Sequence record: DRR723986_840
Length of the DNA: 32,850 nucleotides
Direction: 5' to 3' (one strand)
The translations under genes and the position numbers were made by a program. Position 1 is the stretch's first letter; the number at the start of each line of letters is the position of its first letter. Under the pieces are notes generated by a model. The model was not told the origin of the DNA and made no database searches. It was given only the letters and a program-made list of their open reading frames with translations. Positions 8,438-18,900 of the stretch are shown here, piece by piece.

Positions 8438-10246
8438 ATGAAGAACTTGGGAGCAACCTTGCAGGACGATTGCTGTGAATTCCGGCTTTGGGCCCCAAAC
8501 GCCAGCAGCGTATGTGTGCTTCTACAAGACGGAGATTCATGGGATGCGTCTGCGTCATCGAAGCGGCATTGCTTGAAGTCAGACACATCAGGTTACTGGA
8601 TCGGCACAGTCATCAATGTCGAAGCTGGCACGTTGTACCGTTACGAAATCGAGACACAGGGGCACACCTTCCAGCGTCTTGATCCTGCCGGCCGCGACAT
8701 GCTGCATTCGCAACTAACTAAGGATTTTCCCGACAGCGAAAATGCTTCCATCGTCACTGGCCGCGAGTTCCTGTGGTCGGCCTTCAAGACGCCGCGACCA
8801 AGTGAGCTGAATATCTACCAGTTTCACTGTGGTAGTTTTGCGGGGCGGGGAGACGGAATCGACGTCGACGTGGCCGGTTTCGCGGACGTTGAAACCAAGC
8901 TCGACTACATCCGCGACCTCGGCTTCACCGCCGTCGAACTCCTTCCGGTTCAGGAGTTCGCTATGGAGCGATCGTGGGGATACAATCCCGCGGCCTTCTT
9001 TGCGGTCGAGTCAGCCTATGGCCACCCCAATGACTTGAAGCGGTTTGTTGATCAATCGCACAAGCACGGCCTGGCTGTGGTGTTCGACGTTGTTTATAAC
9101 CACGCCGGACCTGGAGACAACTTGCTGTGGCGGTACGACGGTTTTCACAACGCAGGCGACCTTTCGTGCGGTGGCATCTACTTTGAAGGTGGCCGCATGA
9201 CCGACTGGGGCCGCGGTCCCGCATGGTGGAAAGAGGAGGTGCAAGAGTATTTCTTCCAAAACGCATGCATGTATTTCGACGATTACAACGCCGATGGCTT
9301 GCGGTTTGACGTCACTACCCAGATTGACGGCGAACACCTAAGTAGAGTCATGTCGCGACTGCGCGAACGTTATCCCGACAAATACTTCGTTGCCGAGCAC
9401 CTGCCCGCCCATCCCTGGATCACCACGTTTGGCAATTTTAATGCCACGTGGTTAGCGAAGAGTCACCATGAGGCGCAGCGTGCTTTGAATGGCCAGGAAC
9501 CGGTGAACAAAATCAAATCGTTTCTGGGATGGGACGGATTCGACTCACCATGGAACCTTGTTAAATATCCACTCGGCTCACATGATGACGTTGGCGACGA
9601 TCACAATGGCAATGCTAAGGATGGGCTAACCAACTGGGATGCAAGACATCGTTATCTAATCGACCAGTTTGGCGGTCGGCATAATTGGCACGCTCGTGCA
9701 AAATGTCGACTAGCGTGGGCACTAGGAGTGACCATTCCAGGAACGCCAATGATGTTCATGGGCAGCGAATGTCACATGGGTGCACCGAATGTTGCCTGGG
9801 GATACTGGCACGATGGATTGGATGCAAACGGCGACCACCGATTCGACTGGGAGATTGCATCCGACGAATTCGGTTCTGAGATGCAGCGCTTGGTAAGCTC
9901 GGTGAACGATTTGCGACGCGCCACACCGGCACTTCGCAGCGAGTCGCTCATCATCACTCATGAAGACCATCACAATGGCGTGCTTGCCTTCAAACGCTGG
10001 CAAGGAGACCAAGTTGTACTGGCAGTTGCGAACCTGAGCGAAAACAACTTCAGCAACTATTCTTACGGCCTGTCCACCGATCTTCAGCCTGGTACTTGGA
10101 ATCAACTGCTGTGCACTCAAGATGCTCAGTACGGAGGTTGGCATGGCAGCGGGAATGCTTTTCACCAACCGCAGACGCAGGCGGACGGTCGTATCTATAT
10201 CAACCTACCGAAGTGGAGTTTGATACTCTTCGAACTGCAGCACTGA
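8438..10246 (+). CDS. GH13 alpha-amylase-family enzyme, GlgB/TreZ-like, with an N-terminal CBM48-like domain
   Basis: Motifs FRLWAP, LGFTAVELLPV, WGYNP, DVVYNH, the catalytic DGLRFD (nucleophile), VAEH (acid/base) and SHDD. No signal peptide. Confidence 0.88.
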   Translation: MKNLGATLQDDCCEFRLWAPNASSVCVLLQDGDSWDASASSKRHCLKSDTSGYWIGTVINVEAGTLYRYEIETQGHTFQRLDPAGRDMLHSQLTKDFPDSENASIVTGREFLWSAFKTPRPSELNIYQFHCGSFAGRGDGIDVDVAGFADVETKLDYIRDLGFTAVELLPVQEFAMERSWGYNPAAFFAVESAYGHPNDLKRFVDQSHKHGLAVVFDVVYNHAGPGDNLLWRYDGFHNAGDLSCGGIYFEGGRMTDWGRGPAWWKEEVQEYFFQNACMYFDDYNADGLRFDVTTQIDGEHLSRVMSRLRERYPDKYFVAEHLPAHPWITTFGNFNATWLAKSHHEAQRALNGQEPVNKIKSFLGWDGFDSPWNLVKYPLGSHDDVGDDHNGNAKDGLTNWDARHRYLIDQFGGRHNWHARAKCRLAWALGVTIPGTPMMFMGSECHMGAPNVAWGYWHDGLDANGDHRFDWEIASDEFGSEMQRLVSSVNDLRRATPALRSESLIITHEDHHNGVLAFKRWQGDQVVLAVANLSENNFSNYSYGLSTDLQPGTWNQLLCTQDAQYGGWHGSGNAFHQPQTQADGRIYINLPKWSLILFELQH

Positions 10247-10267
10247 CGCAGTACCCCGTACCAATCC

Positions 10268-11092
10268 CTAGGCGGTGAATAGCGTTAGAATCGCCAGCAT
10301 CATCCCCTCCAATACTAGAAAGCCGATAACGCTGGCGATGAGTGCCGCGACGGACAGCATTGATTGAACGAAGCCACGCAGATTAAACACTTGACGCCAA
10401 ACAACGAACTGATAGGCAAAACCTGCCAGCATATAGACTGCACTGCCGGTTCCGATGCCAACCCAGCCAACGGCAGCGAACACTGGCACGATAATGCTAA
10501 CTAGGTTCTGGACAGACTGGATGTAGGCGTTTGTTACGACGTGTTCTGCGATATTGAGCTTTGCCTTTCGAAAGCAAATCCATGTGAGAACAGTGTTGAT
10601 GGGCAATGCGAAAAGCAGAAATACATTCATCCAAGTCGCCATGATCTCCGACATCTGTTCCGCGAGAGATCGATCGAGCACGTCTAGAGCCCGCCGAGAA
10701 TTCCGCGCGACGTGGGAGTCTTCAGCAGTTTCCAGAACTTCCTCCAGAGCGCCCCGGGCTGAAGCAAGCTTTTCAGCGACCTCTTCCTGCTCAGGCTCCC
10801 GCAGTTCAGAAAATCCCTTCTCGATCCACTTCGCATTTTCAGCGGGCGGAAGGATAAAGACATAAGCTGCGGTAGCAATTGCGCAACTCATTAGCAGCAG
10901 TCGAACGGGGTTGGTCAGTTTCTGGCGATGACCGTCGAAATAGCGACGTATCGTTTTACCGGGGCGCTGACACAGGTGCACGAAAGTGTAGAGGGCGCCG
11001 CGTTCGAACGACAGGAAATCCAGCACCTCGTTCCATACGAATCGCGCCGTTAACCTTTCGCCCTTTGTCTCACTGGGGGAATCGTCGTCCAT
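10268..11092 (-). CDS. DUF3667-like membrane protein
   Basis: The N-terminal pattern ERGALYTFVHLCQRPGKTIRRYFDGHRQKLTNPVRLLL resembles DUF3667. AEHVVTNAY motif and several TM helices follow. ATG 11092 chosen over the track's TTG 11107. Confidence 0.7.
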   Translation of the reverse strand: MDDDSPSETKGERLTARFVWNEVLDFLSFERGALYTFVHLCQRPGKTIRRYFDGHRQKLTNPVRLLLMSCAIATAAYVFILPPAENAKWIEKGFSELREPEQEEVAEKLASARGALEEVLETAEDSHVARNSRRALDVLDRSLAEQMSEIMATWMNVFLLFALPINTVLTWICFRKAKLNIAEHVVTNAYIQSVQNLVSIIVPVFAAVGWVGIGTGSAVYMLAGFAYQFVVWRQVFNLRGFVQSMLSVAALIASVIGFLVLEGMMLAILTLFTA

Positions 11093-11163
11093 GCTCTGAT
11101 CTAACAACGATAGATTTCGGTGATGCTAATTCTTGACGCAGCCTTCGGTGACGCTTGGCGAGA

Positions 11164-12036
11164 CTAGCCGACCTGTTGAGTTCGGCCTAGATCTACGATT
11201 TGCTGTGCAATCTCTTGGGAGCCTGCGACGATAATCGGCTCACAGACAAATGGGTTGCTCGGCTGGCCGTCGGGATTTAGAAATACGCCTCCAGCTTCCT
11301 CCAAGATGATTTGAGGAGCGGCAATGTCCCAGGCGGCTTGCTTGACCGAATCGGGGTTGTTGTCATGAATCGCTGCCCCCAGAGAAGACTTGCCTTCAGC
11401 GATACGCATCGCGACGCCCGAATACGGAACATTTGTTGTCACTAGACTTGCTCCAGACATTGAACGCAGGCGCGACTGCAGGGACCTGAAGTACTCCGTT
11501 TCGTGCTCCGACGAACCGTAGTGATTCATCTCTACCCAAACATCCTTTAAGTCCGCACTTGTGTCACAGACGAGTCGCTTGGCGTCCTTCCAAGCTCCCT
11601 TGCCCGATTCCGCGTAGAACCATTCATCAGTCAGTGGGAAGTAGCAAACACCGATTCGGGTCGATGCGTCTTGCCGGAGGGCGACCAGCACTGCAGGATA
11701 CGAGCGGCCCGCACGCATCAGAAAAGCGCTGGATGCGTCGAGCGGATCGACGATCCACATATTGTCCTGCTCGCCAACGTCACAATTGAGCTCCTCGGAC
11801 AGGATTTGGAAGTCAGAATGCTGGCTGATCCAGTCTGAACTGACTCTGTCAGCTTCCCGATCAATTTCCGAAACCAAGTCACCAACGCCCTTTCGTTCAA
11901 TCTCATTGGCTTGTCCATTGCCAATTCGCTCGTATCCGTCCCGAATGACTTGACCTGCCAGGCGGGCTGCTTCAACGGCGATGCCGAGTTCGGTGGATAG
12001 GCTTTGGGCGTGTTCTTGCAGGAGCGAAAAGCTCAC
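11164..12036 (-). CDS. Inositol monophosphatase family protein with a divergent motif
   Basis: Motifs KGVGDLVSEID, ILSEE, WIVDPLD and WDIAAPQIILEEAGG. GTG start with AGAAGGAG 6 nt upstream. Confidence 0.87.
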   Translation of the reverse strand: MSFSLLQEHAQSLSTELGIAVEAARLAGQVIRDGYERIGNGQANEIERKGVGDLVSEIDREADRVSSDWISQHSDFQILSEELNCDVGEQDNMWIVDPLDASSAFLMRAGRSYPAVLVALRQDASTRIGVCYFPLTDEWFYAESGKGAWKDAKRLVCDTSADLKDVWVEMNHYGSSEHETEYFRSLQSRLRSMSGASLVTTNVPYSGVAMRIAEGKSSLGAAIHDNNPDSVKQAAWDIAAPQIILEEAGGVFLNPDGQPSNPFVCEPIIVAGSQEIAQQIVDLGRTQQVG

Positions 12037-12300
12037 ATCGATCTCCTTCTAGCGTTCGTCTTGACGCCGAGATTGTCGCAAGGAGTGTCGCTACCGGCAA
12101 TGCTTGATCAGCCCATAGGCTTGTTAAGCTGCCCATTACGATAGAATCTAGACATTGGAGCAGCCGTGAAGTCACTCCCAGGCCGCAAGTAGATTTCGAT
12201 CCGTGGCGGCTGCAAGCCCGAATCTGCTGTGATCGCGTGTCTGCCATTCCCGATCTCGCGACCGATCTGCCTCTCAAGAGCGTTTGAAAGAGACCAACGA

Positions 12301-12888
12301 TTGAACACTCCAGCCCACGTGGTAGCCAGCTTGTTTGTCTGGCGAGAGCATTCAAAATGGACGCTTGCGAGCGGGCTGCTTGTCGGAGCGATCTTGCCGG
12401 ATGCCCCGATGTTCGTCTTTTTCGCAGTCGTTAAGGGGATGGGCTACAGCGGCGAGGAGATTTGGGGGCGTCTGTATTTCTTGGAGAGTTGGCAACTGTT
12501 CTTCGATTGCTTCAACTCGTTTCCAATCTACCTGCTGATTTTCGGAATTGCTTACTGGTTGCGCACGAAGTGGCAAAGCAGCCTGTGGTGGATGCTGATG
12601 GCTGGCAGTGCGATGCTTCACCTAGCCTGTGATCTTCCGCTGCACCATGATGATTCGCACCGCCACTTCTTGCCATTTACCAATTACCGGTTTGCCAGTC
12701 CCGTTTCCTACTGGGATCCCAAGCACTTTGGCATCCCCGTCGCCATCATAGAAGCGAGCCTAACCGTTCTAGGAAGCATCTACTTGCTCCGGTCGAGCAA
12801 GGGGATATTGGTGCGCGTCACCGCCGGACTCACTCTGGCACTTTATTGTGTAGTCGTGATTGGCGTCATAGTTTGGTTGAACAAATGA
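12301..12888 (+). CDS. Membrane protein, putative metal-dependent hydrolase (YdjM-like)
   Basis: TTG start gives MNTPAH. Motifs GAILPD and HLACDLPLHHDDSHRHFLP, SPVSYWDP, and several TM helices. The track starts at 12229. Confidence 0.7.
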   Translation: MNTPAHVVASLFVWREHSKWTLASGLLVGAILPDAPMFVFFAVVKGMGYSGEEIWGRLYFLESWQLFFDCFNSFPIYLLIFGIAYWLRTKWQSSLWWMLMAGSAMLHLACDLPLHHDDSHRHFLPFTNYRFASPVSYWDPKHFGIPVAIIEASLTVLGSIYLLRSSKGILVRVTAGLTLALYCVVVIGVIVWLNK

Positions 12889-12990
12889 ACCTCCTGCAAG
12901 GATCGGAATGCAGTACACGTCCCGATGCAACTATAGTGAGAGGCTGCAGCCTAATCTAAAGGAGACTGACAATTCCAATGGCTCGCATCC

Positions 12991-15900
12991 CTATTTCCAA
13001 CGCAGCAGAAATTTCATGAATTCAACAGAAACAAGGGAGCCTCCGGTAGCGACTTGGGTGGAGCCCAATGCTTCGTAGGCCACCGTCACCCACCGAGCCG
13101 CTTCGGCAGAAAGCTTAATCTTTTGGACTCCATTCACCACCTCAAGTGTACCGAGACCTCCGGCGAAAAACTCGACGGGTAATCCCGTTGCTTCCGCCAT
13201 TGCCGCAGCACCTCCGCCGCCGCTTGTGGCCAACAAAAAACCTCCAGAGAAGATTGCCGCACCCGCGAGGCCACTGAGAACTACAGTTGCGCCATAGGTG
13301 GCATAATAGGTTGCTGGATTTCTAATTACTCTGTAGTAACGTACGCCATTCTTTTCGAACAGGAATTCCCCCCCCTCCTGATATCCAGCCACCACCTCCG
13401 AGCCGCCAAAAAATTCTGCAACTGCCGGACCCGTAAAGAATATTCCGACCAACGTGCCGACGATAAATCCACTGATTGCCACCTCTTTGAGACCGAAATT
13501 GCCGGAAGGATCCGTATAGTTCAAGGGATCGTTTTGGACGTAGGTCCATCGATTCAGCGAGAGTGGCTCTGATATAAAACCATCAAACGGGTCCCGAGAA
13601 ACGAAACGCCCCGTTTCCGTATTGAGGTATCGGGCGCGAAGGAAATCCCAGCCAATAGAGTCCGCCCGATATTCGCCAGCGTAAAGCATCGGGTTTCGGA
13701 TGCCTGTGACGGAATGAAGCGTGTTTCCGAATGCATCATAAGTGTATTCGTTTCTTATACCTCCAGTTCCATCTGTTAGCATTTTAATTGTGCCAATCGC
13801 GTCTGAATGATAGTAGGCACGCTCATTGTCTCGACTCATAGACACTAATTGGTTGCCACGCACGTAGCTGGCTTGAACAACGCCGTCAGGCGCGTATTCG
13901 AGAACCACGTGAGCGTACTGGACATTTTTGTCAAGCAGCGAACGTGTAGTCGTGTCAGCGGTGGTTTCTTCTACCCTAAGGCCCTCTTCGTCGTACTTGT
14001 ATGTGGATTCGGTGCTTATGCCGTCTTCAACAACAGTGGCCGCAATCAAGCGGTTCTCAGCGTTCCAGGTGTAGCTCCGATGGTTGTCGTTGTCCTTGAA
14101 TTCTGTCAGCGTGTTGCCGTTGGCATCATGCGTGTAGGTTGTAATCACACCATCGTGGTTCAATTCCACTAGGCGGTCGTTGGCGTCGTAAGTGTAGGTC
14201 GTAAGTCCCTCAACGGAATCCTGTTTTTCCAGACGATTACCAAACGCGTCGTACGTGAATTCGATTGTACGGTCACCCGTATTCGGCTCGACAATATGTT
14301 CCGCGACTAATCGATAGAGCGAGTCGTACTCGTAGTCTACAACTCTTCCCGATTCTTCAGCAATTTGTATTCGGCGTCCAGTAGCATCCAAGGTGTAAAC
14401 CATCGACCTCAAGAGGCCGTTCGGGCCAGTGGAATCAATTCTCCGAATGCGGCTCAACTCATCAAGTGTGTAGGTATCCACCACACCATTTGGCAACTGG
14501 ATTTCGACTTGGCGACCTCTGGCGTCGTAGACGTACGTCGTGATGCCGCCATCCGGATCCGCAACAGTATTTAGATTGCCCAGTGCACTATAAGTCTTGG
14601 TTACGGTTCCAGCAGGAGTCGTCTGTGTGAGCTCGCGTCCCGCCATATCGTAGGTGTAACTAATCTCCGTTCCATCTGGCTCCGTCCGCGAGGTTACGCG
14701 ATCTTGAGCATCGTATATATAAGCCGTTATGCCACGCTCATCGATAACTGTCCTTTTTTGCCCCGTCGCAGTATATGTGTAAGCAAAGCGCGCGCCGTCG
14801 GGTAACTCGCGAAGAACCATGCGGTTCATAACATCGTAGCTGTAACGAATTGTATTGCCATTAAAGTTCGTATGGGTTGCCATATTTCCAACCGCATCGT
14901 ACGTTGTCCACGATTCCTGTCCCAATGCCATAGTGGTCCCCACTCGGCGAGAAAGCGTGTCGTAGTGGTAATGCGTGGCGTTGCCGTTCGGATCAGTCTG
15001 TCGGGTCAAATTGCCACGCTCGTCGTATTCATACTCTGTGCGCGGATCTCTGTGATTCTGGACGACAGCTACTAGGCGACCGTTTGGGTCATATTCGTAG
15101 GTCGTGGGGACGTCGTTCTGATCTATCGATTCAACTCGCCGCTGCAGGCTGTCAAACGACTGCTGCGTTACTGTACCGTCCGCGAATCGTGTTACAACGA
15201 GATTTCCACGTGAGTCGTATTCGTAACGCGTCAGTCCACTGGAGGGATCTTTCTGCTGGGTGCGAAAGCCTCGAGCGTCGTAGCGATTTTCTATCACGAT
15301 GTTATCCGTAAGGTTTTCCGGCGTGGAATCGGGAAAGAAAGTCTTCGCTAGGCGACCGTTGGCATCATATTGATAAACCGTCCTATTTCCAACTTCGTCG
15401 ATTCCTGAAGTCACGCGGTTCGCCAGGTTATACGTAGTGTGTACGCGAGGGTTGTCCGAATCATCGCCTGGCGTCTCATCGGAGTAAATCGTGGTGACGA
15501 CGTTGCCAACTGCATCGTGAATGTACTGAGTCACTCGCCCGAGTTGATCCGCATATTGGGTTTGCCGGCCACTAGCGTCATAGCTAATTCTTGTCGACGT
15601 TCCATCGGCGTATAACGTTGAGACGAGTAACCCCCGCTCGTCGTACATATATTCCGTTCGATTCCCGCGGGCGTCGATTCTTGCCGACTCCAGCCCTAGC
15701 GAGTTGTACTCGGTGCGTTCGACGTTCCCTGCAGCATCGATCATTGAAACTACTCGATCATTGCCGTCGTATTCCCAAGTCGTATTCACTTGAGCAACGC
15801 CAGAAGCTAGTGTTTGGTGGAAACTCTCTGTAAGCCGATTATTTGAGCCATCGTACGTGTAACTAACAGTGTGACCGAGCGGATCTGTTTCCGAGAGCAT

Positions 15901-18900
15901 GTTCCCAAGTGAGTCGTATGTATACGTGCTCAGATTCCCTTCGGCATCAGTTACTGCCACGACATTTCCACTCAAGTCGTACGTAAACAATGTGACGCTG
16001 CCATCAGGATCGGTTCTGGTGAGTGGATTTCCGTTGGTATCATGTGTCCAACTTGTGGCTGCGCCAATTGCGTCGACTTCCTCAACAATGACTCCATTTA
16101 TTCCATACTGGTACACCTGCTTTCCACCGAGCGGATCGGTGATCGACGTCAGGTTACTGCTCGCATCGTATGTATAGATCGTCGTATTACCAACCGGATC
16201 CGTCTCGGAAGTCAAGTTGCCCTGCAAATCGAAAGCTCTGCGGGTTACGGCTCCACGTGCGTCTATCTGCGTAACTATGTTACCCTGCTGGTCGTATTCA
16301 ACGGTGTATTCATTTCCACCTGCATCGGTCAGGGATTCTATGAAGTTGTTGGGATCGCTGGAGAATGCTACTGGATTCCCCAGTGAATCGTAAACCTTGA
16401 TCAATCGACCATCTTCGTCGTACTCCGTCTTGGCGCCGGAACGCCCCAGCGGATCGATCACGTCTTCTAAGTAGTGCTCTCTGGCCGTTGAGTAAACGAG
16501 AGTCGTTTCATGTCCTTCTCGATCTACGACATGCCTCAAATCGCCAGCGGAAGAATATCGATATTGCAGCGAATTGCCACTGGGATCCACAATTGAAACA
16601 ATTCTCCCAGAAGCATCTCGCTGTAAATAGAGGCTGGTGGCATTGTCACCGTAGCTGATGCTGGATTCGGTGAATCGCAGGGTGTTTCCATTGCGATCTC
16701 TTACCGAATCCAATTTGCCCGATGACCCATTGACCCGATAGCTCCTTCCTTCTCTCGTTGTCAGCACATACGCCCCGCCGAAGTCGGGGGAGGCGGGGTT
16801 GTAGGGGATGCCGCCTGGGGCGTAGAGTTCACCGCGGTCGTTGACTTGGAGATAAGAACTGGTGCCGGTGCCGAGGGTGCTGGTGACACCGGGATCCGGG
16901 GTGAATCGGGGTCGCGCAAGAACGAGATTGTTGCCGCCCCAGCCAGGTAGGACTCGAATGTCCGGGTTGAAAGTAAACCCTTGTCGACCTTCACCCGGAA
17001 CATTCAAGAACACCTTCACGCCCGGACGTAATGGCGTGTAAATCCCGATGTCTTCCAGGCCACTCTTTGGAAGTCCGACGCGGAGATCGGTATTGCGATA
17101 CTCCAGTCGCCAGCCATACCCAAAGTCGCCTTGTCGGTCGGCTTGCAACGTGTCATAGATTCGCGTGATCTCGATCGGGATGCCAGCTACTGGTATCACC
17201 ATGTCAGTGAACGAAAGCTGGAAGTTACCCACCTTCAGTTCTCCGGCTAATCCGACGCTGTGCTCGACCACGTTGGCCGCGCCCTCAGTCGTCGCGACTT
17301 GTAATCGGATGACGTATTCGTCATTCAGAAGCAAACTTGTATCCCAAACGCCGAGTTCTCCGTCGACAACGGGAGTCGTGCTCCGGTGGAACTCAGTGAA
17401 GCTAGTGTCGTCAACGTGACGATACGAAAGGGTGTAGGCTCCGAAGTTCTCATGGTCGGCGGTACCGGTGATCGACACCATGCCAACTGCCGTACCATTA
17501 TCTGCAGGGCTGGTGATGATCGCGGTCGGAACTTCCGGGCCGGGATTCGAAGACCAACCTTCGGGCACGTCGTAGTTGAACGAGATTGTTCGTGAAGCAG
17601 TGTTGCCGTTGATGTCCGTTGCGGTCGCAGTTGCCGTGATCGTGTTGAAGAACCAGTCTTCAAACTCGAACGTAGCCGATCCGGATGCGTCCAGTGGAAT
17701 GTCTTGACCGTTCGCCGTGAGCGTTAGTGAAGCTACTTCGACGTTGTCGATCGCTCGGGCAAACACTCGAAATGGCCCTTGCCAGGGAAGAATGTTCCGC
17801 GACGCATCGTTGGGCGTTTCAATCAAGCTTACCTTGGGGGGCTGCGTGTCGGCAACGACTTCGATTTCGAAACTCTGCCTTGCCTCACCGCCGCGTGGAT
17901 CACTCACTCTGACTTCGAAGTCGTGGTTGCCGATTTGTTCATCCGAAGGCGTCCAGTGGAGTGCTCCGAACGGGTCGATCGATGCGCCTTCCGGAGCAGT
18001 TGTTAGTTCAAACGTTAGTGGATCGAGGTCAGCATCACGAGCTTGAATGTCGAATACGAATCTGGCTCCAGCGGTTGCCTCGCTAGGAGGAGTTGCCAGA
18101 ATCGCTGGGATCGAATTGTCCGCCAACACATCAATCAAGAACGATTCAACTGCACTTGCGCCTCCAGCGTCCGTCGCCAACAAGGTTACGACGTGCTGTC
18201 CAACTTGCTCCGCGGAAGGTGTCCAGGCGACGTTACCGCTCTCCGGCTCGACGGTCATGCCATCGGGGCCTGCCGCCAACGTGTATTCGACGGTTGTGTT
18301 TTCCGGATCGATGGCTGCGACGCGGTAAGAGTAGGTCGAACCGACGGCAGCAAAACGCGACGCCGTTGTGGTGATCGTCGGCGGAAGGTTGGCAAGGCCT
18401 TCCGCAACGGCGATTCTGAAGGCCTGCGTCGTTGTTCCTCCCACTCCGTCTGAAACTTGGATAACTACGTCTTGCTCGCCGAGTTGCGTCGCACCGGGAG
18501 TCCACGAAACTTCACCAGTGTCTTCCACGATCGTCATCCCCTCGGGCGCGGTGAGCAGGCTGTAGGTGAGCGGATCGCCTTCGGAATCGACAGCTTCGAC
18601 GGAGTACAAATAGCCTTGTCCCACGGCAGCTTCGACCGGTGCGATGGAGGTAATCCGCGGTGGTCCACCAAACCGAGAAACCGTAACCTCGAACGATTGT
18701 GTATCGGTTGTACCGTCTGGATCGGTGACTTGCACCTGGACAGAGTGTTCACCACGCTGGTCATCGGCGGGTGTCCATCGTAGCGTTCCGTGGTCTGGGT
18801 GGATGCTCATGCCCGCAGGACTGTCGAGCAGCGCGTAGGCCAGGACATCCAAGTCGGCATCGTCAGCTTCGATGTCGTATTCGAACGCGCGGTCAACGGT

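Noticed and set aside
8438-10246. Calling this gene glgB or treZ
   Set aside because: The motifs fit both subfamilies, and no glg or tre neighbours are present to decide.
16771-16911. C-ending codon stretch as the template or variable repeat of a diversity-generating retroelement
   Set aside because: I found no reverse transcriptase and no second near-identical copy in the window.
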